Source of the DNA: Pseudoalteromonas tetraodonis | GTDB taxonomy: Bacteria; Pseudomonadota; Gammaproteobacteria; Enterobacterales; Alteromonadaceae | Length of the DNA stretch: 32,000 nt | Direction: 5' to 3' | Assembly (NCBI RefSeq): GCF_002310835.1 | Contig: NZ_CP011041.1 | Location: forward strand, 2,700,001 to 2,732,000 | Shown here: one piece after another, positions 25,478-32,000 of the stretch | Numbering within the stretch: the first letter of the stretch is position 1 | Layout of the letters: the number at the start of each line of letters is the position of its first letter | Program-made: the position numbers and the translations under genes | Notes under the pieces: model-generated | The model's input: the letters and a program-made list of their open reading frames with translations, nothing else | The model's database searches: none | What the model was told of the DNA's origin: nothing

Positions 25478-26727
25478 GATTGAAAAGTCTCAGTTAAAGA
25501 TTGGCCAGTTAAACGCTCAAGAGTAAGGTGCGTTTGATATAGCGCTGCATAGGTATTGATAAGTGCGCGTTTAGAGTCAAATAGAGCTTGTTGAGCATCG
25601 AGCAATTGCAACACCGAAATTTGTCCGCGTTGATAGCTTTTTAAACTTTGCTCAATGAGTGTTTGGGCTTGTGGAATAACCTGCCCTGATAACAACTGCG
25701 CCTGTAACGTTTTGCCTTGGTAATAGGCATACAAAGTACGAACTTGTTGGCGTAGTTGAACCCGTAACAGTCCTTGCTGCTCACGTAACAATGCTAACTG
25801 ACTGTTAGCTGCTTCAATATTACCGCTATTTGAGTTACTCAATTGCAACGGCATTGAAAACGAAAACAGCAACGAACTGGTATTGTTTTGCTGGTTGTAG
25901 CTCACGCCTGCACCTATATTAATATCGCTTTGCCCATTAGCTTTTTGCAGCGTTAAGTTGGCCGCTTGCTGTAAGTATTGCTGCTGTAACATAGCAAAAT
26001 CAGGCGCTTGGTTAACCGCATCAAGTAACCCTTGCTCAGACCTAAGCGGTATTAAGGTAGCCATATTCCCTGCGAAATTCGTGTAGTCATGTTGCTCATT
26101 CCACAACTCATTGAGCGATAAACGCGCTCGCTCAAATTCGCTATTTAGCTTAGCTGTCTCAAGCTCAACTTGGCTTAGTGCATAACGCATACGGGTTACA
26201 TCGGCTTGCGATACAGCGCCAGCGTTAGCCCGTTGCTTTATTGCTTTGAGAGCTTGGCTCACCACGTGTTGTCGTTCGCTGTTAAGCGTAAGTAAGGTTT
26301 GAAATTTAAGCGCCTCGTAATATCGCTTACCAGTGGTTGCTAATAAAGCTAACCGAGCATTTTGATATTGTATTGCTTGGGCTTTAATATTAGCCGTTGC
26401 GTAATTTATGCGGCTTTGGCGTTTATCTCCAAGCTCTATAAGCTGGCTAAATGCCAAGGTTATTTCAGCCCCTTGCACACCACGCGCATCGTTTGTTCCT
26501 AAGAGGTTTTCGGCTTCTACATTTATTACAGGGTTAGGCGAAAGCGCCGCTTGAGATTTAAGCGCGCTGAGTATTTTTTGATGATAAGGATAGCGTTTTA
26601 ATAGCGGATTTTGTTGCTCGGTATTTATCAACGCTTGTTTTAAGGTTAGTGTTTTAACATTTGCAAACGCACTAAAAGCAGGTAGCGCGCACAGCATCAC
26701 CACCAGCATAATTGGTTTTTTATTCAT
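25474..26727 (-). CDS. czcC: TolC-family outer-membrane efflux protein (CzcC/CusC-like)
   Basis: 417 aa with a signal peptide (MNKKPIMLVVMLCALPAFSAFA). Two OEP-type repeats rich in Q/L/A coiled segments. First gene of the OMF-MFP-RND order, as in czcCBA. Confidence 0.82.
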   Translation of the reverse strand: MNKKPIMLVVMLCALPAFSAFANVKTLTLKQALINTEQQNPLLKRYPYHQKILSALKSQAALSPNPVINVEAENLLGTNDARGVQGAEITLAFSQLIELGDKRQSRINYATANIKAQAIQYQNARLALLATTGKRYYEALKFQTLLTLNSERQHVVSQALKAIKQRANAGAVSQADVTRMRYALSQVELETAKLNSEFERARLSLNELWNEQHDYTNFAGNMATLIPLRSEQGLLDAVNQAPDFAMLQQQYLQQAANLTLQKANGQSDINIGAGVSYNQQNNTSSLLFSFSMPLQLSNSNSGNIEAANSQLALLREQQGLLRVQLRQQVRTLYAYYQGKTLQAQLLSGQVIPQAQTLIEQSLKSYQRGQISVLQLLDAQQALFDSKRALINTYAALYQTHLTLERLTGQSLTETFQS

Positions 26728-26900
26728 ATAGCTTGTCCGTTTTTTAATAAACAGAGTTCACTTGCAAACCATTCACAACCTACGCTAAAAACAGCGACAG
26801 TGTAAAATAGTTAGCAATTTAAACATGCCTATAACAGCCCATAAAACGCTTACGCGCAGGCAGCTAAAAGCACAATAATTAATTGAAATTAAATTAAAAA

Positions 26901-27227
26901 CTAGCTAAATGAATTCGGTGGGGGTACATCAGGTGGATAATTTAAACCATGGTAATACACAAGTATTGAGGGTTTACTTTGTTGAGGAATAATAGCGTGA
27001 CTAAGTGTGCTGTAATAGCCACAGTGACTATGTTGGTGTGCATGAATCTCAACCGGTGGCTGATTATCGCTTTGTCCTTGGTCATTATCAGCGGTTATAG
27101 TGTTTTGTGATAATGCGTTACTTACATGCTCAACGTCTTCTTGTAAATGGTATGCAGCGCCATCACAACTTATAAAGCTGTGCACAAGCACGAGTAACAT
27201 GACCATTAACAAACGATTTGAGCGCAT
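26901..27227 (-). CDS. Small secreted or anchored His-rich protein of unknown function, at the czcI position upstream of czcCBA
   Basis: 108 aa with a hydrophobic N-terminus (MRSNRLLMVMLLVLVHSFISC). The mature part contains EIHAHQHSHCGYYSTLSH. It is on the same strand as czcC and 173 bp upstream of it. It is not Met-rich or CusF-like. Coding status is supported only by ORF length, the signal-like N-terminus and context. Confidence 0.5.
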   Translation of the reverse strand: MRSNRLLMVMLLVLVHSFISCDGAAYHLQEDVEHVSNALSQNTITADNDQGQSDNQPPVEIHAHQHSHCGYYSTLSHAIIPQQSKPSILVYYHGLNYPPDVPPPNSFS

Positions 27228-27370
27228 AATTTAGCTATCTTCTCAGCCTAAAATTGACTTAAATAAACCTAACCAATTGAAGCTACATAGTATATTAGCG
27301 GCAAACGACAATAAAGGGCTTTTTATCAATTAATGGCGCCAATTGCGTTTACTGAGGTTAACTATAAAAC

Positions 27371-27405
27371 AAAAAACCACTGGCTTTAATAGCCAGTAGT
27401 TTTTT
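27371..27405 (-). terminator. Rho-independent terminator after yqhD (bidirectional architecture)
   Basis: AAAAAACCACTGGCT (27371..27385) pairs with AGCCAGTAGTTTTTT (27391..27405) around the loop TTAAT, with one mismatch. It lies 12 nt downstream of the yqhD stop. Confidence 0.75.
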
Positions 27406-27416
27406 AAAATTAACGC

Positions 27417-28562
27417 TTAAGCAACCGCGTGTTCTAAAATTTCACGGCTTTCTTTTAGCGTAATCGCTTGGTTTTCACCAAGGGCAACCATGCCATGTGC
27501 TTCTAGTTTGCCAATAATATTATCAATGGCAGCCGCTTTATCATCACCATGTTCAGTTAGCTGTGTTGCAACCTCAAGGCTGTGGTAAAATGCTTCAATC
27601 GCTTGAATTGTTTGCTCTGCTAAATCGTCTGTTTGCTCAAGGCCAAATACGTTTTTACCCATTTGCTCTAGTTTCGCTTTTTTAACTGCAAATTGATTGC
27701 GCAATAAAGAAGGCTGAACAATAGCAAGCGAACGCGCATGGTCAACACCATAGGCAGCAGTAAGCTCATGACCAATCATGTGGGTTGCCCAATCTTGCGA
27801 TACGCCTGAACCAATTAAGCCATTAAGTGCTTGGTTAGCTGCCCACATAAGGTTTGCACGCCATGCATCGTCTTGGTTTTCAAAGTTATCGCCCAGTGTT
27901 TTGAGCGTTTTTAACAGTGCCTCTGCGTATCCTTCTTGTACCAATGCGCCTTCAGGGAACGTAAGGTATTGCTCACAAGTATGCACCCACGCATCAACTA
28001 AGCCATTTACAAGCTGGCGCTGTGGTAATGTTTTCATTACATCAGGATCCATAATCGCAAATTTAGGCAGTACCTCTGGTGAAGCAAACGGCAATTTTTG
28101 CTTAGTCGCTTCTTTGCTTACCACTGAGTTTTGGTTAGATTCAGAACCTGTAGCTGGTAGCGTTAATACGGCACCAATTGGTAATGCGCTGGTAATTGTA
28201 TGCTTACCAGTAGGAATGTCCCAACCTTCGCCGTCGTATACTGCAGAAGCCGCAATGTATTTAACGCCGTCTATTACAGAGCCGCCGCCGACACCTAATA
28301 CAAAGTCGATATCTTGTTCTTTACAAATTTTAACCGCTTGGTCAAGTACTTCAATTGTTGGGTTAGCACCCACACCCGAGAATTCGACCCAATCAAAACC
28401 TTCAAGTGCAGCAGCAACTTGGTTATACACGCCGTTCTTTTTAATTGAGCCGCCGCCATAAACAACCAATACTTTTTGATCTTTTGCGATCAAGTCGCTA
28501 AGTGCGGCAATTTGCTGTTGGCCAAATTGGATGAGAGTGGGATTTACGTAGCTAAATTTCAT
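27417..28562 (-). CDS. yqhD: NADPH-dependent iron-containing alcohol dehydrogenase / aldehyde reductase (YqhD-like)
   Basis: 381 aa and colinear with E. coli YqhD. Shared stretches include ...VYGGGSIKKNGVY..., ...GVGGGSVIDGVKYIAA..., ...LTLPATGSESN..., ...ANLMWAANQALNGLIGSGVSQDWATHMIGHELTA... and ...LEAHGMVALGENQAITL.... It is divergent from an AraC-type gene, as in E. coli yqhC-yqhD. Confidence 0.9.
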   Translation of the reverse strand: MKFSYVNPTLIQFGQQQIAALSDLIAKDQKVLVVYGGGSIKKNGVYNQVAAALEGFDWVEFSGVGANPTIEVLDQAVKICKEQDIDFVLGVGGGSVIDGVKYIAASAVYDGEGWDIPTGKHTITSALPIGAVLTLPATGSESNQNSVVSKEATKQKLPFASPEVLPKFAIMDPDVMKTLPQRQLVNGLVDAWVHTCEQYLTFPEGALVQEGYAEALLKTLKTLGDNFENQDDAWRANLMWAANQALNGLIGSGVSQDWATHMIGHELTAAYGVDHARSLAIVQPSLLRNQFAVKKAKLEQMGKNVFGLEQTDDLAEQTIQAIEAFYHSLEVATQLTEHGDDKAAAIDNIIGKLEAHGMVALGENQAITLKESREILEHAVA

Positions 28563-28596
28563 TATTTTGCTCCTAGGTGACGGTTAATTTCATAAT

Positions 28597-28625
28597 GCTT
28601 TACTTAGTCACATATCAAGTAAAGC
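28597..28625. promoter_or_regulatory. Perfect 9-bp inverted repeat in the yqhD-yqhC divergent region (candidate operator)
   Basis: GCTTTACTT (28597..28605), then 11 nt, then AAGTAAAGC (28617..28625). It lies 35-63 nt upstream of the yqhD ATG at 28562. Confidence 0.4.
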
Positions 28626-28745
28626 TTTGATGAATGCATATTAGTAGCAAAGTTAATATATAAAAAGCCCAATAACTACCTAAAGCTTGCCTAAAACTAC
28701 CAGCACTGTTATTTTACGCAAAATATTTTAATTACAGATACTTTT

Positions 28746-29624
28746 ATGCCCATCATAGCCAAAATGTTGCAACAATACGCCGAGCACAATAATTTACTAA
28801 GCTTTGAGGGCACCATGGAAACAATTATTCCTGGAGTGTATTTTCATCGCGCTACCAAAAGTTCACCGCGCCAGCCGCTTATTTATAATTCAGGCATAAT
28901 CGTGGTTGGCCAAGGCCATAAAATAATTCATTTCCCAGAACATCAAATAAAATACGGCGAAGGTGATTACTTGGTACTAGGTGTACCGGTCCCATTAGAG
29001 TGTGAAGCGTTTACCGATAATGACTTACCGGTTATGGGCATAGCTATAGATATAAATCCTGTCATGTTGCACAAACTGGTTAATCAGATGATGCAGCACC
29101 AGCCTTTATCTGTCTCCAGCGCGAACATTGGCGCAGTACAATCAGCAAAGCTAGACTGCGCAATGGAGCAGGTGACATGTAGGTTACTAACGGTTATGAA
29201 TAATCCACTTGAGGCTGAGGTATTCGGCGAAGATATAGTAAAAGAGCTAGTGTATCGTGTCCTTTGCGGCCCCCAAGGGAATACTTTAATAGGCCTAGCT
29301 ATGCATGATGGCCATTATGCGCGTATAGCTCGTACACTAGCAACGATGCATCAGGACTATGCAAACCCTATTACTGTTGAAGGTTTAGCAGAAGAGGTAA
29401 ATATGAGTGTATCCTCTTTTCATCGCGCATTTAGACAGGTAACGTTTGAATCTCCCTTACAATACTTAAAAAAAGTACGTTTAGCTAAAGCAAAAGAGTT
29501 AATTACTACAGCGGGCAGCAAAGCAAATGAAGCTGCTTTTAAGGTAGGTTACACCAGTGCATCACAGTTTAGCCGTGAGTTTAAACGCCACTTTAATAAA
29601 ACTCCGAGTGAAATACAGTTATAA
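28746..29624 (+). CDS. yqhC: AraC-family transcriptional regulator (YqhC-like, AraC_N sensor domain plus HTH_18)
   Basis: 292 aa. The C-terminal dual HTH reads ...ITVEGLAEEVNMSVSSFHRAFRQVTFESPLQYLKKVRLAKAKELI...AAFKVGYTSASQFSREFKRHFNKTPSE. It is divergently adjacent to yqhD. Confidence 0.78.
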   Translation: MPIIAKMLQQYAEHNNLLSFEGTMETIIPGVYFHRATKSSPRQPLIYNSGIIVVGQGHKIIHFPEHQIKYGEGDYLVLGVPVPLECEAFTDNDLPVMGIAIDINPVMLHKLVNQMMQHQPLSVSSANIGAVQSAKLDCAMEQVTCRLLTVMNNPLEAEVFGEDIVKELVYRVLCGPQGNTLIGLAMHDGHYARIARTLATMHQDYANPITVEGLAEEVNMSVSSFHRAFRQVTFESPLQYLKKVRLAKAKELITTAGSKANEAAFKVGYTSASQFSREFKRHFNKTPSEIQL

Positions 29625-29734
29625 AAATAAGATTTACCCATTCATGCGCTATATCAAACTTTATTATTAACTTTTACTAGCAAAGATAACACGCTTTGTT
29701 AATATAGGGTAACTGCCATTTTTATAACCCTACT

Positions 29735-31357
29735 ATGCTCAATAACACCGTAACAATAAGGAAGCACTTACATACAACCACCTCCTTATGTATTAAATTT
29801 TGCGGTGCTTTATTTGTCATTTTTATTTTTCTTATCTGCAATACAGCTATTGCAAAAGATAGCTGCAATTTAAAATCTATCGCAAACAGTGTATCCATTC
29901 CCTTATCGCAAGGTATTGCTGCAGACATAAAATTAGAAAAAGGCATTAACCAATTTGAGTTGGTATGTACGCTAAACCAAAGCGGTGTTTTTACGTTTAC
30001 TCGCCCTGCACTTGAACGTTTTTCGTGGCAACAAAATAACCAATTAAAAGCCCCTTTAAAAACAAATCAAATGGCTATTTTAATGGAACAAGGCAGCTTT
30101 AATGCAAAGCTAACTTTAACCACTACTGCCAGCTATAACCCCCGGTTTACTTGGCTAGACTCACAGCAATTTATTGAAAAGGTGCAGTTGTACAATTTAA
30201 TATTTGGGGTGTTTTATGGATTATGCGCAACGCTTATTTTTTATGCTTTAATAATAGGTTATGGCATTAAAAACGCTATTTTTAAACTGTATGGCATCTA
30301 TCTTTTTTGTATCGCTAGCTTTATTTTTTTACAAGAAGGCCAGCCCTATTTATTTACCAATGGCTACTTTTCTGCATATATCAGCCACCTTTATACATTA
30401 AGTATTGGTTTAACTATAGTCAGTGCTACTTGGTTTATGAGCGCACTATTAGAGCTACCTGAGTATTGGCGCAAATTAAGTTATGCATTAAAAATTATCG
30501 CGTTATGTGTACTGACTTTGTGCTTACAAAAAATAGCTTTAGATTTACCCGCTATTACTAATATCACCACAATCGTGACTGGCTATTTGTCACTACTGAT
30601 TGTGATGACCATTTTTATACTCTCAGCTGTGCAAGCTAAACAAGGCGTTAACGAAGCCAGCTTGGTATTTATTGCCTTAAGCTGTGTATTTATCAGCATG
30701 ATATTTAGAGTGTTACTAACCGAATACAGTCCTTTTATACAGCGTTATGGGTTTGTGATTGCTTTTACGATTGAATCTCTGCTTCTTGCTATTGCAGTTG
30801 GTAGGCGAATTCAACGACTCAGTTATGCTAAAAAACAGGCTGAACAGCACGCTAATTACGATCATCTTTGTCATATTTATAACCGCCGAGGCTGGAGTTT
30901 AAAAGCCAATGAGTTATTAAAAAAACACGCTCAACGTGGTGGCGTGTTGTGTTTTTTATATATCGATTTAGACCGATTTAAAGCAATAAATGATACCTAC
31001 GGCCATGATGTTGGCGATAAAGTACTCTGTACGGTGGCAGAGTCAATTAGTCAGCATATGCGCAGTGAAGACGCAGTTGGCCGCTTAGGCGGAGATGAGT
31101 TTGTGGCTATGGCATTATTTACCAGCAAAGATAAAATTAACCAGCGAGTTGCGACCCTTGAACAAAAATTAAATGCACTTAGCTTAGAACACCAAGGCAA
31201 CACCATCGCTATTTACGCAAGCGTAGGGCAAATAAACTATAGCGAAGCGCCTAAAAATTTAGATGAGGTTTTAAAAGCCGGTGATGAAGCAATGTATCAA
31301 AAAAAGTCATTACGAAAAGCGCAGGCTAAGCAAACCTACACTAGAGAAAACGCCTAA
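29735..31357 (+). CDS. Diguanylate cyclase with 7TMR-DISM sensor module (periplasmic domain plus 7 TM plus GGDEF)
   Basis: 540 aa. Signal/anchor sequence, a periplasmic region of about 130 aa, and seven TM helices (YNLIFGVFYGLCATLIFYALIIGY ... YGFVIAFTIESLLLAIAVGRRI). The GGDEF domain reads ...YDHLCHIYNRRGW...IDLDRFKAINDTYGHDVGDKVL...RSEDAVGRLGGDEFVAM.... An RxxD I-site (RSED) is present. Confidence 0.8.
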   Translation: MLNNTVTIRKHLHTTTSLCIKFCGALFVIFIFLICNTAIAKDSCNLKSIANSVSIPLSQGIAADIKLEKGINQFELVCTLNQSGVFTFTRPALERFSWQQNNQLKAPLKTNQMAILMEQGSFNAKLTLTTTASYNPRFTWLDSQQFIEKVQLYNLIFGVFYGLCATLIFYALIIGYGIKNAIFKLYGIYLFCIASFIFLQEGQPYLFTNGYFSAYISHLYTLSIGLTIVSATWFMSALLELPEYWRKLSYALKIIALCVLTLCLQKIALDLPAITNITTIVTGYLSLLIVMTIFILSAVQAKQGVNEASLVFIALSCVFISMIFRVLLTEYSPFIQRYGFVIAFTIESLLLAIAVGRRIQRLSYAKKQAEQHANYDHLCHIYNRRGWSLKANELLKKHAQRGGVLCFLYIDLDRFKAINDTYGHDVGDKVLCTVAESISQHMRSEDAVGRLGGDEFVAMALFTSKDKINQRVATLEQKLNALSLEHQGNTIAIYASVGQINYSEAPKNLDEVLKAGDEAMYQKKSLRKAQAKQTYTRENA

Positions 31358-31373
31358 AGTAATCGTTTAGGCG
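31351..31373. terminator. Hairpin between the convergent GGDEF and VOC genes
   Basis: CGCCTAAA (31351..31358) pairs with TTTAGGCG (31366..31373) around a 7-nt loop. It overlaps the TAA stop (31355..31357) and has no strong U-tract. Confidence 0.4.
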
Positions 31374-31381
31374 CATAATCA

Positions 31382-31804
31382 TTACTCGCCTTTTTTGAAT
31401 AATACTTCTGGGTTTACCATAGTTTTCATTTCTAAAACGTTACCATTTGGATCTTCAATAAAAAACGTTTCTTGCTCAAATTCATCACCTACAAAACGGC
31501 GGTAAGGCTTATCTAAATATTCAAGGCCAGCAGCCGCAATCCGAGTTTTTAACGCCTGAAATTCATCTTCAGATAAGTGAATACCAAAATGCGGTACAGC
31601 TACTGCGCCCATATCAACATCATGACGCACTGTTGGTAAGCGCTCTGTGCTTTGATGAAGCGTTAACTCGTTACCCCAAAAATCAATGTCTACCCATCGC
31701 CCAGCTTCACTATTACCCGTTTTACAACCAAGCACGTCACAATAAAACGCTTTCGCTTTTTCAAGATCACCAGCTGGAATAGCCAAATGCAAACAGTTAG
31801 ACAT
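31382..31804 (-). CDS. VOC-family (glyoxalase / bleomycin-resistance / dioxygenase fold) protein
   Basis: 140 aa. MSNCLHLAIPAGDLEKAKAFYCDVLGC...HFGIHL...FFIEDPNGNVLEMK shows the paired beta-alpha-beta-beta-beta modules typical of VOC proteins. Confidence 0.78.
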   Translation of the reverse strand: MSNCLHLAIPAGDLEKAKAFYCDVLGCKTGNSEAGRWVDIDFWGNELTLHQSTERLPTVRHDVDMGAVAVPHFGIHLSEDEFQALKTRIAAAGLEYLDKPYRRFVGDEFEQETFFIEDPNGNVLEMKTMVNPEVLFKKGE

Positions 31805-32000
31805 AAATTACCTTAGGTTATAACTTTTAATATATGAAATATGCTGCATTATACATAATTTGTAATTTATAGAACATTAACGGCATTATTTTTAGTCATT
31901 CATTGCGTACATTTAATTTAAAGCCACGGTTATTTGCTCTTTTGGGAGACATATATCGCTTTTAGTCTTAAATTGTCGATTTTAACTATTAAAGCTAAAA

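Noticed and set aside
27778-28461. 227-aa plus-strand ORF
   Set aside because: It is entirely antisense to the well-supported yqhD gene. Its Ser/Pro/Thr-rich, low-complexity translation is typical of the reverse frame of a highly expressed gene, and it has no recognisable domain.
29722-29946. 74-aa minus-strand ORF overlapping the start of the 7TMR-DISM cyclase
   Set aside because: It is antisense to the signal-peptide region of a well-supported gene, has no RBS, and its hydrophobic composition mirrors the sense strand.
1-32000. Search for tRNA/rRNA genes, CRISPR arrays, IS elements, integrases, toxin-antitoxin or phage-defence cassettes
   Set aside because: No cloverleaf-capable GC-rich intergenic segments, no regularly spaced 25-40-bp repeats, and no transposase, integrase or recombinase-like translation in any frame of the ORF track. 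Every long ORF is accounted for by housekeeping, transport or signalling functions.

Overview
This looks like a chromosomal, mostly housekeeping segment of a moderately AT-rich marine gammaproteobacterium. An Alteromonadales or Pseudoalteromonas-like origin is inferred from gene content only. Left to right: phoR (5' part, missed by the ORF track) and phoB; a 619-bp ORF-free spacer; the epd-pgk-fba glycolytic operon; and a SIMPL/YggE-like periplasmic protein. Next comes the conserved acetate-switch neighbourhood: a DEDDh exonuclease, a cNMP/CBS/DUF294 nucleotidyltransferase, a two-subunit VC_2705-type Na+:solute symporter, and a divergent CrbS-like symporter-fused hybrid histidine kinase. After that: a DUF2339 polytopic membrane protein, a membrane GGDEF cyclase, a DedA/YqaA protein and a DUF3754-like membrane protein. 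The right end holds a czcCBA-type heavy-metal RND efflux operon preceded by a small His-rich secreted protein, the yqhD/yqhC aldehyde-reductase pair, a 7TMR-DISM GGDEF cyclase and a VOC/glyoxalase protein. I saw no rRNA, tRNA, CRISPR array, IS element, integrase or phage/defence genes, and no convincing new multi-gene protein system. The most unexplained structure is non-coding. The phoB-fba spacer packs 10 GATC sites into 330 bp. Three GATC-initiated 13-mers sit at 15-bp phasing, and three iteron-like 23-bp units sit at 30-31-bp phasing. Divergent Pho-box-like repeats lie beside them. Secondary points are the uncharacterised DUF294-exonuclease pair, a 16-bp-phased triple repeat upstream of it, and the orphan His-rich protein ahead of czcCBA. 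All functional calls come from reading the translations and motifs by eye, with no database search.
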